DNA from: Escherichia phage MirsaeidiM_Esher4
Sequence record: PQ579973.1
Length of the DNA: 44,409 nt
Direction: 5' to 3' (one strand)
The notes beneath the pieces were generated by a model. It saw only the letters and a list, made by a program, of their open reading frames with translations. It had not been told where the DNA came from and did no database searches. Positions 34,819 to 44,141 of the stretch are shown here, piece after piece; position 1 is the stretch's first letter; every line of letters begins with the position of its first letter. The position numbers and the translations under genes are program-made.

Positions 34819-35639
34819 ACTATTACAATGAATGGGATAAAGGCGCAGCCGCGTGGCTGCGTGAGTTGATAAAACAGGGTAACATACCTTTTGGAGTTGT
34901 AGATGAAAGAAGCATTACCGAAGTTAAGCCAGAAGACCTTGACGGGTTCACCCAGTGTCATTTTTTCGCGGGTATCGGCGGCTGGCCTCTCGCGCTCAGA
35001 CTTGCGGGAGTTCCGGAAGATGCGCCTCTCTGGACGGGAAGCCCGCCTTGCCAACCGTTTAGCGCGGCGGGAAAGCAACTCGGACAGTTCGACCCGAGAC
35101 ACCTCGCGCCGGTCTTCCTCGACATCATCAGCGAGTGCCGCCCTCCAGTCATCTTTGGGGAGCAGGTTGCGCCAGCAATTGCAAAATCGTGGATGTGCGA
35201 TTTACAAGCTCACCTGGAAGGAGAAGACTACGCCGTCGGGTTTGCTGTACTCCCAGCTTGTAGCGTCGGCGCACCGCACAAAAGAGAACGACTCTTCTTT
35301 GGCGCGCACGAACTGGCCTACACCGACAGCGAACGACTTCAGAGGGAGCGGAGAGACAGTGATTCGCACGGACGGGAGGGACAGAACATTCGACAGGCTG
35401 GACTACTCAACAGAGCAGGGATTGAAAGCGAGTCAACCAACCCGCACCACGGCTTCTGGTCAGATGCTGACTGGCTCGGATGCCGTGATGGAAAGTTCCG
35501 GCCGGTTGAACCCGGCGCATTCCCGCTGGCTAATGGGGTACCCGCAAGAGTGGGACGATTGCGCGGTTACGGCAATGCCATCGTCCCGCAAGTAGCCGCC
35601 GAATTTATAAAGGCGTTTATGGGGGCGGTAAATGAGTAA
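34815..35639 (+). CDS. DNA cytosine-5 methyltransferase (frame may be disrupted; see findings)
   Basis: Motif I FAGIGG, motif IV PPCQPFS, ENV-like GEQV, motif [14 protein letters not shown], motif [15 protein letters not shown]; motif IX-like [10 protein letters not shown] lies in overlapping +1 frame. Confidence 0.65.
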   Translation: MNYYNEWDKGAAAWLRELIKQGNIPFGVVDERSITEVKPEDLDGFTQCHFFAGIGGWPLALRLAGVPEDAPLWTGSPPCQPFSAAGKQLGQFDPRHLAPVFLDIISECRPPVIFGEQVAPAIAKSWMCDLQAHLEGEDYAVGFAVLPACSVGAPHKRERLFFGAHELAYTDSERLQRERRDSDSHGREGQNIRQAGLLNRAGIESESTNPHHGFWSDADWLGCRDGKFRPVEPGAFPLANGVPARVGRLRGYGNAIVPQVAAEFIKAFMGAVNE

Positions 35640-37056
35640 GTTTCAAAGGCGCGAATACCAGAAGCTCATGACTTCGTTCATGCTGCGGCACCATCGCTGC
35701 AATATCTGGGCGAGCATGGGCAGCGGTAAGTCGGGGTCAACGTTGTGGGTTCTCAATCGACTGTTCCGTAATGGGCAACTTAATGACGACGACCGAGTGT
35801 TAATTCTGGCTCCTTTACGTGTTGCGTCAGGTACGTGGCCCGCGGAACAGGCACGTTGGAGCTTCCCCTGTCTGAGTGTCGTAGACGCAACCGGTTCAGA
35901 GAAGCGCCGTATCGCGGCGCTGGAGTCAGATGCTAACGTGGTGTGCACAAACTACGAAGTTATCGAGTGGCTGATTGACTACTACGGCAAAGACGACTGG
36001 CCTTTTACGGTTATCGTTGCTGATGAGAGCACGAAGCTGAAATCTTTCCGTAGCCGTTCTGGAGGAAGCAAACGGGCTAAGGCGCTAAGCAAAGTGGCGT
36101 TCGGAAAGGTTAAGCGTTTCATTAACCTGACAGGCACACCGTCGCCGAACGGCCTCAAGGACTTGTGGGGGCAGAACTGGTTTATCGACGCTGGCGAGCG
36201 CCTTGGTTCTTCGTACACGGCATTCACAGACCGCTGGTTTAACTCGGTACAGAAAGGGAAATCCGCGATGGCGCGGGAGTATCACGCACGACCGGGTGCG
36301 GATAATGAGATTCATCAGAAGATGAAAGACATTAGTCTCACTATTGACGCCGCTGAGTGGTTCGGGTGTGAAGCGCCGATTATTGTTACGGTTGAAATCG
36401 ACCTGCCGAAGAAAGCACGTCAGGCGTACATCGATATGGAGGAGAAGTTATTCGCGGAACTTGAGAGCGGGGAAGTGGAAGCTGCTAACGCTGCGGCGAA
36501 GACGTCGAAGTGCTTGCAAATTGCGTCCGGTGCCGTATATGTATCTGGGCCAGACGGCGAAGCAACCAAAGACTGGGAGAAAGTACACGACACGAAACTG
36601 GATGCGCTGGAGTCCATTGCCGAGGAGTTGCAGGGTGCGCCGTTACTAGTCGCCTATCAGTTCAAGCACGAACTGGAGCGCATCCTCAAGCGCTTCCCGC
36701 AGGCGCAGGCTTTTGCAAAAGGCGCGAAGGGCAATAAGCAGATGGAAGCGTGGAACCGTGGCGAAATCGAAATCCTATGCGTGCACCCCGCGTCAGCCGG
36801 CCATGGCTTGAATTTACAGGACGGCGGACATCATCTGGCGTTTATTTCGCAAGGCTGGAACCTTGAGCACTATTTGCAGGTTGTCGAGCGTATAGGCCCG
36901 GTGCGCCAGAAGCAGGCGGGCCACGAGCGACCAGTGTTCATCTATCACATCGTTGCTAAAGACACGCTGGACGAGGTTGTTGCCTCGCGTACTGACGAGA
37001 AGAAATCGGTCCAGGAAGAGTTGCTTAATTACATGAAGAGACGAGGTAAGAAATGA
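35632..37056 (+). CDS. SNF2/DEAD-like superfamily 2 helicase
   Basis: Walker A SMGSGKSGST, DExx-like VIVADESTKL, NLTGTPSPN motif. Confidence 0.75.
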   Translation: MSKFQRREYQKLMTSFMLRHHRCNIWASMGSGKSGSTLWVLNRLFRNGQLNDDDRVLILAPLRVASGTWPAEQARWSFPCLSVVDATGSEKRRIAALESDANVVCTNYEVIEWLIDYYGKDDWPFTVIVADESTKLKSFRSRSGGSKRAKALSKVAFGKVKRFINLTGTPSPNGLKDLWGQNWFIDAGERLGSSYTAFTDRWFNSVQKGKSAMAREYHARPGADNEIHQKMKDISLTIDAAEWFGCEAPIIVTVEIDLPKKARQAYIDMEEKLFAELESGEVEAANAAAKTSKCLQIASGAVYVSGPDGEATKDWEKVHDTKLDALESIAEELQGAPLLVAYQFKHELERILKRFPQAQAFAKGAKGNKQMEAWNRGEIEILCVHPASAGHGLNLQDGGHHLAFISQGWNLEHYLQVVERIGPVRQKQAGHERPVFIYHIVAKDTLDEVVASRTDEKKSVQEELLNYMKRRGKK

Positions 37057-37190
37057 ACATCATGTCCCCGACTCCGGCATTGCAAAAACGTATCAAGGAA
37101 CTTGAGGAGGAGGTTCTACGACTACGGCAGCAAAGAGACGCCGCTAATGCACAACTGGCGTTCATACTGGAGAAGTTATCTGAAGGGTAG
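37053..37190 (+). CDS. Small coiled-coil protein (45 aa, below cutoff)
   Basis: ATG overlapping helicase stop; heptad-like sequence. Confidence 0.3.
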   Translation: MNIMSPTPALQKRIKELEEEVLRLRQQRDAANAQLAFILEKLSEG

Positions 37191-37195
37191 AGAAA

Positions 37196-37215
37196 AGGCC
37201 CCGTTTGGGGCCTTA
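37196..37215. terminator. Bidirectional intrinsic terminator where the two transcription arms converge
   Basis: AGGCCCC-GTTT-GGGGCCT hairpin flanked by A-run and T-run. Confidence 0.65.
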
Positions 37216-37218
37216 GTT

Positions 37219-40173
37219 TTATTTATCTTCTAGTGCTGCCAGCCTCTTCTCGAACTCGCGCATCTTCTTACGCTGATAGGCAATCTCTATGAAGAACATC
37301 TGGTCCGCCCTAACCCCCCATCTGCCGCCGGGAGGGGATACTTGTACAGTCTGGCCATCTTCATCAATATCATACGCAGCTTCAATTGGGTCGTAGCACA
37401 AGAAAGCATATTTACAATCGGTAGAATCTTTCTCCATAAGCCCATGGTTGACCAAGATGTCTCGCACATCTTGGGCTATCACACCGAAGTGTATCCTTGC
37501 AGTGTCACCCTTGATTGCTAGGCTTTCAAGCCACTTAAAAGATATTACATGTATATCTTCCCATGCGGTAAGGAGTTGTCCCTCAATTTCCTCTTTATTC
37601 GTCTTAAGTGTACCATCAGACGTGTTTATCGTACCGGTGGTCGCGTACACCGTAGTCCACCTATTACCTGCCGAACCTAAAGACACTTGCGAGTCTAAGT
37701 AAGGAAGGAAATTGTTGTATGAGTAGAAGCCTCCTGACGCATACATAATAGCCCTGTTAGGCGTTGCATGGTTTACCCCGTACAGTTGCAGCAACGCACC
37801 ATCGGAACTGGATGCACCATCACCACCGCTAACTATCAGTCTTTGACCCGATGGGGTTTTAGTGGGGACTGTTTTTGAAATCAGCCCGTAATCACCATCA
37901 AACCGTGCACGCACGGCAGACTGTTGTGTACCATCGTATTCCAGCCCCGTTACATGCAGGGAGTACACGCTTACATCATTGTCAAACGTTAAAGGTGCTT
38001 CTACATGGCGTACACCATCTACCCCCATGGCGACAGGTATTGTACGGTTAGGAGTTGCCCCGTATTTGAAATCACGTGATACGTACGGGTGGTCTTCAAT
38101 CTTTATCCGGTAGCTATATAAGTCAGCCGGATGCCCATCATGTTTGTACCATAACTTCGCACTGTTATCCCCTATGCTCCAGGGAGAGAAGAAGTCTTCC
38201 CCACCAAAGATATAGTACAACCAGCCATCTTTAACACAGACCGAGCCGACGCCGACAGCAGAGTTAACGATATGACCCTGGTATATTTGGTCGGTAATAT
38301 TAAACCACTGAACATCATCTAAAGATGAAGGCCAGGACGACACATTAACTTTGCACATAAAGGTCCTCGGATACGAACCTTCATAGCGGCTGTCCTGCTC
38401 ACCACCTTCCCACTCACCAAAGGCACGTTCTGTACCAAAGATGTAGAGATAGTCACCTACTTTAGCGAACGGAAGATTGGAGTGATGTACATTGTTCGGA
38501 AATCGCAAGTAGCTCCAGTTTTGCCCAGAATCGGTGCTCATCGCCAGTGTAGAGCCAGGGGAAGTAGGTAATGTGCCGCGTGTGGTAAGGTATAACACAC
38601 CACCATAACTTTTCACGCACGGCTCAGAAGCGTTATCAGCGTATGCCTGAGCGACAGTGCGACGAACGAATACGCCTGGATTATCATACACGTTACTAAA
38701 ATACAAGACACCGAGACGCCGAGGGGACACATCGCCGTTGTGATAGCCGACAGCGATAGTGTAGTTAACATCATCTATAACCGCAAAACTATGTGTCTCC
38801 GTGACACACAAATCAGCGTTAGTGGAGTATGCTACCCCAGGCAATTCGGTAATTTCCCACGGGCTGTCCCAGAATCTCGTTGCGAAGTTCCAGGTAACAC
38901 CTGCATTGTTTATGGTGGAACTCGCCGGGCTTGAGAGCGTAACAGTGATCGTATTTCGGTTAATTATAGACGAAACCGTCATATTACCCGATACGCCAGT
39001 TGCCGATGTATTAGAGAAGTTAACCGCATCTCCTGCTTTTAGGCCATGATTTTCTATGACAATGGTAGCAGTAGTGGAGCCAGAACTAATAGTTATTCCG
39101 CCGGTTGGGTGTCTAAAATACGGCATTGGGCGTGACCAAAGTTCTGCCTTCTTCATCCGCATATTAGATAAGTAGCGGGTTTCTATAACTGCATATAATC
39201 GGTTGCCGCACGTACCCATGCTCATGCAGTGGTAGTTAACTCTGTCCGTAGAAACACTAGCATTATAGTCAGCATGGATTGGAGTCAACCACTCAGGCAT
39301 TGACCAAGTCTGCCCGTCGTCTCCAGAGCGAACCCAAGCTACATGTAAGTTTTGAACGCCATGTCGTTCGCCTGCCATAAACGGAGCGTAAATAACATTG
39401 TCGTAGACGAAAGTTTTATCCTGCGTCCATGCGTTGTAGAACGGGGTATCCGTCACCTTAGTTAGTGAGCTGTTAAAGAAGCCATCAGCTACATAAGTAA
39501 GCGGTTGCCCGGCTACGCGCTCGTAAACGAATGCAGCATTCTTAAATTTACTAATGTCGGGTAATTGGGAAACTTTATAAGTCAAGCCCCTGCAGTCTAT
39601 AATCCAATTGTTGGGTGAAGCGGCTAATACATTAAAAATAGATTGGGTATCATCAGTTACGCCGTCGCCCACGGCGCCCCATGCGCGCGGGTCGTATTCG
39701 TCCTTCCATCGCGCCACATGTAAATCTGGGTACAGAATTGCGCCGTTCGCATTAGATATTTGCTGCCTCAGTACGACCGACCCGGCGCGTTGCCATGCCC
39801 CTTCGGACACGCCTCCTGTAGACTGCGGAGAAGATGACGCCGGGATAGTTTTTGGCAGAGCGCCCAACCAATAGTACCAATCCCCGTCACCGCCAGAGGA
39901 CGACGGCCACAAAACTGCGGTGTTTCGGTCGTTAGCGGATAGTGTACCGCCTGACGTGAAATCAAAATCTGCCAGTTTAAAACCAGCATCACGCAACACT
40001 GCAGGTAACGTCTTCTGGGTCTGTCCAGTAACCTTATTTGTCGCGTAATCAATATCGGCACCACCGGCGACACCGCCGGATTTGCCAGTGATAACCTCGG
40101 CTTCAAAAATTTGGTGTTTCTTGGCGGTCTGTAAATCCGCCAGGCTTAAAACGTCACCGCATCCGCTTGACAT
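37219..40173 (-). CDS. Tailspike or tail fibre protein with C-terminal intramolecular chaperone (peptidase S74-like) domain
   Basis: 984 aa; C-terminal region (DGTLKTNKEEIEGQ...HFGVIAQDV...) resembles auto-cleaving chaperone domains of endosialidase-type tailspikes; AAGAGGA RBS. Confidence 0.75.
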   Translation of the reverse strand: MSSGCGDVLSLADLQTAKKHQIFEAEVITGKSGGVAGGADIDYATNKVTGQTQKTLPAVLRDAGFKLADFDFTSGGTLSANDRNTAVLWPSSSGGDGDWYYWLGALPKTIPASSSPQSTGGVSEGAWQRAGSVVLRQQISNANGAILYPDLHVARWKDEYDPRAWGAVGDGVTDDTQSIFNVLAASPNNWIIDCRGLTYKVSQLPDISKFKNAAFVYERVAGQPLTYVADGFFNSSLTKVTDTPFYNAWTQDKTFVYDNVIYAPFMAGERHGVQNLHVAWVRSGDDGQTWSMPEWLTPIHADYNASVSTDRVNYHCMSMGTCGNRLYAVIETRYLSNMRMKKAELWSRPMPYFRHPTGGITISSGSTTATIVIENHGLKAGDAVNFSNTSATGVSGNMTVSSIINRNTITVTLSSPASSTINNAGVTWNFATRFWDSPWEITELPGVAYSTNADLCVTETHSFAVIDDVNYTIAVGYHNGDVSPRRLGVLYFSNVYDNPGVFVRRTVAQAYADNASEPCVKSYGGVLYLTTRGTLPTSPGSTLAMSTDSGQNWSYLRFPNNVHHSNLPFAKVGDYLYIFGTERAFGEWEGGEQDSRYEGSYPRTFMCKVNVSSWPSSLDDVQWFNITDQIYQGHIVNSAVGVGSVCVKDGWLYYIFGGEDFFSPWSIGDNSAKLWYKHDGHPADLYSYRIKIEDHPYVSRDFKYGATPNRTIPVAMGVDGVRHVEAPLTFDNDVSVYSLHVTGLEYDGTQQSAVRARFDGDYGLISKTVPTKTPSGQRLIVSGGDGASSSDGALLQLYGVNHATPNRAIMYASGGFYSYNNFLPYLDSQVSLGSAGNRWTTVYATTGTINTSDGTLKTNKEEIEGQLLTAWEDIHVISFKWLESLAIKGDTARIHFGVIAQDVRDILVNHGLMEKDSTDCKYAFLCYDPIEAAYDIDEDGQTVQVSPPGGRWGVRADQMFFIEIAYQRKKMREFEKRLAALEDK

Positions 40174-40185
40174 ATAGAGTCCTCT

Positions 40186-42741
40186 TTAATTAAAACCATT
40201 GCTGAATCCGTCGGAGAAACCGCTGCCGTATGGCGCGACGCCGTCGTATTTGTAGAATCCGTCGTCATAGTTGTAGCCAGTAATCTTGACCGTGCGGTCG
40301 TCGCCAGGGTCGATTGAAGAAACAACTATCTTCTGAGCATTATGCCTTGCTTCGTTGCCGAATGAAAACTCAGTTTTTAGTGCGCTATTCCCCGTGTAGA
40401 TTGCTTCTTCCGGCGCGGAGAGCATAATCACTTCGCGGTCGTGTCTTCCTTTGATGACAGAGATACTCTGCACTGAGCCATCGCGCTTCTTAAGAATGAT
40501 GGAGTGGTCGTCGCCAGGAGTAAACGTAACAGGCTGGGATAGCGTAAGTGTAAGCCCGTTAACGGCAACAACATAGCCGTCCTGTGGCGCGATACGTGAA
40601 CCTTTAACTACGCTGATTACCCCACCGGGCGTAGCGAGCGCACCTTCTTCCGTAGCTTCGAACTCTACAACAACTTTACTTAACGCATTGCGCTGATAGC
40701 GACGCCACGCCAGCCAATATGCCTGTTGGTAGTTACGCACGCCCTTTGATTCGTATTCCTCCGTATTTGCACCCAGTTCTTCCGGGATGTAAATCGTTTC
40801 CTGTACGTTAGTATCCGGGTCGATGTATGAGAACGACAGGCTATCGTAGGTTGTCGAATCGTTGAACGTGCGGGTCCATTTCTCGGTACCGGTAGTTTTG
40901 CTGCGGTGGGTGAACACCATTTCAGGCCCCGCGACAGGACGGTCGAATCGCAGCATAATATCCGCACCTTTACGGTACGCAGTACAGAAAACGGCTTCCG
41001 CTATGGTCTGGACGATGTCCTGCATGGTTGTGTCATAGTCGTCGAACGTGTAGCAGAATTGCCCTGCTAATTCACTTCCGAAATAGGACTCAATTTCTTC
41101 CTGCACAGCAAGTAACTTGTCCATGTTTGCCGTTGTAAGTTCCAGATTGCCTACTGCGGGGTCGCGCGCCAGTCGAATTAGAGATTGTACGGCTTGCGTG
41201 TTCGGTGTCATTACTGTATCGAATACCCCATTGCCGAGGTATTTGTAACACATCTCGGTTGCAATCATGCGCAGTTCCGGGTTGTCTATGCTGGCGGCAC
41301 GCGGCGTCTGTTTACGGGCGCAATGTACGGTAGTTCTGTTGCCGTAGTGTGGAGTGGTGTCCAGAGACTGCCCATACAGGTTAATGAATGTTATCTCGTC
41401 GCTTACTGTACCGTTGTAGTCCTTATCAAAATTCGTTATACGGCGCATACGGGCGCGGAAACGCGATGCAGTAGGCAATTGCCCGTAGATAGACGTACCG
41501 ACGTAATCCGTGCTATTACCGGTAATTGTAGCCTGTACTGTGTAAATATCGCTCAATGGGTTGCGCCGAGAGTCAATCATCTGGTACTGGAGTTCTACGG
41601 TTACGCTGGTGCGGTTGTAGCCGCCGTCGTATTTGTAGAGGCCGTTCTGCCCGACAACGTTAGCAAGTACCCGGTCAACCTCTCCGCGCACCATGTAATA
41701 CCAGTCCGTAAGAGATACGTCATAGGTGTTGCTCGGGCCGATAAACGTATCTGAACGCTCTGTTAGGGCGTACGTTTGCCCGCTGGTCAACGCTGCCCAG
41801 TTAGACGCGCCGTTTACGGCTAATCTCACTTCGAAGTCGTCAACGTATAAAACCTCAAACGAACCATTCAGGTTAGTCACATCGGCAACGTCGAAGTTGC
41901 TCAGAACCGCGACATCCCCGACGCTAAGAAACTCAGAAAAAGCAGAGTCCCCTGACGGGTCATAAATGTAGCCGGTGTTTGAAATACGTTTAGCTGTGCC
42001 GTCGGCGCTTGGGTTAGCTCCAATGTCGTTTGGCGCTTTCAGTACAATACCGTCAACGTCGTCGTTAGAGTACGTCACATAGAGTTTCTGGTCGATGACG
42101 TCGCCGATTTGTAGTTGCGGCGATGTGGTGTTGTTCGGTGACGTATACGGCGCGTATACGGCAACAGAGGAACCTGTGATGTCGCTTATCAGGGTGTCGC
42201 CCTCTGTGACGCCATCAGCCTCAATATGCAGATGTCCGCGCCCTGCGTCATAGTACGAATACTCCAGCAAAGCACCAGTGGAGTTGAACGCCTTATACGT
42301 CTGCATCAGGTCGTTAGGGATTGTCTGCACAGTCCCGCAGATGTCATAGGAGCGCTCGTAAGGGCGTGGTTTGTTTGAGCGGTCTGTGAGGCTGTTATTT
42401 GGTGATGTTGTCTGGTTGTTAGTCGCCGTATAGTTGGCGTTTGCGGACATGTTCAGACCAAACAACTTAGCGATTGGCTTAAGGATAAAACCGAACACCT
42501 TACTAACGGCACCAAGCGCCCCGCTACCAGCACCCTCTATAATGTGGTACACGGCGTCTTCGTCTTTGAGTGCGTCGAAGTCGTCAGTTACGTCGGTATC
42601 ATCACCAATTTCGCCGAGGTAGACGCGCACCGGCACGCCGTCCGGGATACGGTTAACGACAAACTCCATCGGCATCCCGACGTGTTTTGTACGGTCGAAA
42701 GCGCCATCAGCGTTTCGCGTGTAGTGCAGGATTATCGCCAA
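40186..42741 (-). CDS. Tail tip or central fibre protein (J-like host specificity protein)
   Basis: 851 aa following K-like and L-like tail genes; N-terminal roughly 100 aa resemble tail assembly protein I; start codon uncertain. Confidence 0.65.
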   Translation of the reverse strand: MAIILHYTRNADGAFDRTKHVGMPMEFVVNRIPDGVPVRVYLGEIGDDTDVTDDFDALKDEDAVYHIIEGAGSGALGAVSKVFGFILKPIAKLFGLNMSANANYTATNNQTTSPNNSLTDRSNKPRPYERSYDICGTVQTIPNDLMQTYKAFNSTGALLEYSYYDAGRGHLHIEADGVTEGDTLISDITGSSVAVYAPYTSPNNTTSPQLQIGDVIDQKLYVTYSNDDVDGIVLKAPNDIGANPSADGTAKRISNTGYIYDPSGDSAFSEFLSVGDVAVLSNFDVADVTNLNGSFEVLYVDDFEVRLAVNGASNWAALTSGQTYALTERSDTFIGPSNTYDVSLTDWYYMVRGEVDRVLANVVGQNGLYKYDGGYNRTSVTVELQYQMIDSRRNPLSDIYTVQATITGNSTDYVGTSIYGQLPTASRFRARMRRITNFDKDYNGTVSDEITFINLYGQSLDTTPHYGNRTTVHCARKQTPRAASIDNPELRMIATEMCYKYLGNGVFDTVMTPNTQAVQSLIRLARDPAVGNLELTTANMDKLLAVQEEIESYFGSELAGQFCYTFDDYDTTMQDIVQTIAEAVFCTAYRKGADIMLRFDRPVAGPEMVFTHRSKTTGTEKWTRTFNDSTTYDSLSFSYIDPDTNVQETIYIPEELGANTEEYESKGVRNYQQAYWLAWRRYQRNALSKVVVEFEATEEGALATPGGVISVVKGSRIAPQDGYVVAVNGLTLTLSQPVTFTPGDDHSIILKKRDGSVQSISVIKGRHDREVIMLSAPEEAIYTGNSALKTEFSFGNEARHNAQKIVVSSIDPGDDRTVKITGYNYDDGFYKYDGVAPYGSGFSDGFSNGFN

Positions 42742-43097
42742 AATTCAATCTCCGTGTACGTGTCTCTGAGGTCCGCCAGCCTGTCAAGCCGTACCTGACG
42801 AGAAGCAAGCTCGCAATGGCTAACCATCCCGTCGAAGTATACTCCTGCGTGCCACACGATACGACCACCACGGCGATAACCCATAAGCACCGCGCAGAAG
42901 TTTTCAGGCTTATCAATTTTTGTAAGCCCCTTCGTGTCACGGTGGCCTTCGTCAAACGCTTCGTTAATTGCCGTAGGGCTTGTAACGTCGAACGCAGGGG
43001 TTTCTAACCCTGCATCCGCGCGGACAATGCGCACGTGATGCCAGCAATTGCGTTTGCGAAAGTCGTAAGGTATGCCCGTGTAGTCGTTAATATTCAT
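42732..43097 (-). CDS. Tail assembly protein (K-like, NlpC/P60-type Cys-His)
   Basis: Segment NCWHHVRIV and later His residues suggest papain-like Cys/His fold; position in distal tail cluster. Confidence 0.45.
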   Translation of the reverse strand: MNINDYTGIPYDFRKRNCWHHVRIVRADAGLETPAFDVTSPTAINEAFDEGHRDTKGLTKIDKPENFCAVLMGYRRGGRIVWHAGVYFDGMVSHCELASRQVRLDRLADLRDTYTEIEFWR

Positions 43098-43609
43098 GTG
43101 GTCAACAGGCCGCGTAATAACGGTATCTCTTTAGGTGTCATCAGTATACCAGTGCTTCGTTGGTTCAGCATAGGTGTACCGACATCTGCGGAGAACTCGC
43201 CTTTCTCCTGGTTGATAGCCTGTAACTCGTACACGACCGGGCCGTCCGCCGGATAAGACAGGTCGGTACTGACATAACGGCGGAAGACGAATTTCGGCAA
43301 CTCGGTGTTACTCATCGGGATTTTATCCATCTCATCGTCCAGTTGATTGAGAATATCCGGTAGAGTAAACGTCGTCGTCTGGTCCATATCACTGTTGTTA
43401 GCAGCCCCCGACGCTTCCATCGGGGTGGGTTCAAATGTGATAGTTTCGCCGGTTTCCAGTGTCGCCGTAAGTTCCTGCAGCCCGCGCACAAGATAGTACG
43501 TCTTCGACAGCAACGGGTGGCTGATTTGCAACGTTACGTAGTCCATCTCGCCGTCTGGATTTGATGCCAACTTACGGCGATAGGCAGCTTCTACTGATTC
43601 CTGGCTCAT
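43094..43609 (-). CDS. Minor tail protein (L-like by position)
   Basis: Start moved to ATG 43609 (ATGA-coupled) from TTG track start 43624. Confidence 0.45.
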   Translation of the reverse strand: MSQESVEAAYRRKLASNPDGEMDYVTLQISHPLLSKTYYLVRGLQELTATLETGETITFEPTPMEASGAANNSDMDQTTTFTLPDILNQLDDEMDKIPMSNTELPKFVFRRYVSTDLSYPADGPVVYELQAINQEKGEFSADVGTPMLNQRSTGILMTPKEIPLLRGLLTT

Positions 43610-44106
43610 TGCATCGGGTCCCAAATTCGTGGAAACGTTGATTGTGCAGTTCCGTAGGCTTTAAGGAAACACCCCAGCCCGTCACCATAGCAACCGTACA
43701 AATCCGGCAGATTGTTAATCAGGCACTGGTTCTCGAGGTCCTGGAACGGTGATTTCTCAGCGGTTGCCGTGAAGGTAATTGTCCAGTTAATCCCGTCTTC
43801 GGTAGACTCGGCGATGGTTGACGTGATTGTTACCTGATAATCTTCGATGCCCATGCCGAAGTCGTGCGCCATCCAGAAACTTGACGCACCGCCGTCTACT
43901 TTTTCGAGGAACGACAGAAACGCCTGTCGCCCCATTGCGGATGTAATCAGGGTTACGCTAACAGGGAACACGTCGTAATACGTGTCACGGCCCTGACGCA
44001 CCCCGCCACCGGCTAAATCTACACTCCAGACGTTGTTACGTCTGGTCATCGAATAGCCTTTCGACACCACCGGCTTTAAACTTGCTGGAAATTTCAAGGA
44101 AGACAT
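43606..44106 (-). CDS. Minor tail protein (gpM-like)
   Basis: Resembles lambda M-type minor tail proteins (SVTL...FLE..GG..SF.W pattern); AGGAG RBS. Confidence 0.5.
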   Translation of the reverse strand: MSSLKFPASLKPVVSKGYSMTRRNNVWSVDLAGGGVRQGRDTYYDVFPVSVTLITSAMGRQAFLSFLEKVDGGASSFWMAHDFGMGIEDYQVTITSTIAESTEDGINWTITFTATAEKSPFQDLENQCLINNLPDLYGCYGDGLGCFLKAYGTAQSTFPRIWDPMQ

Positions 44107-44141
44107 AGTAAGATACTCCTATTATTTTAGGAGATACTAAC

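Noticed and set aside
34903-35595. 230-aa ORF in +1 frame of the methyltransferase gene as an independent gene
   Set aside because: Not called as a separate gene: its N-terminal half is low-complexity Ser/Arg-rich, but its C-terminal part carries methyltransferase-like motifs, so it is reported as a possible frame disruption of the methyltransferase instead.
44107-44141. Apparent inverted repeat in the intergenic region between the minor tail gene and the AP2 gene
   Set aside because: On inspection it is mainly two divergent Shine-Dalgarno sequences (TAGGAG) plus a direct GATACT repeat, not a true long palindrome; only the CCTATTAT half-site similarity to the operator is noted.
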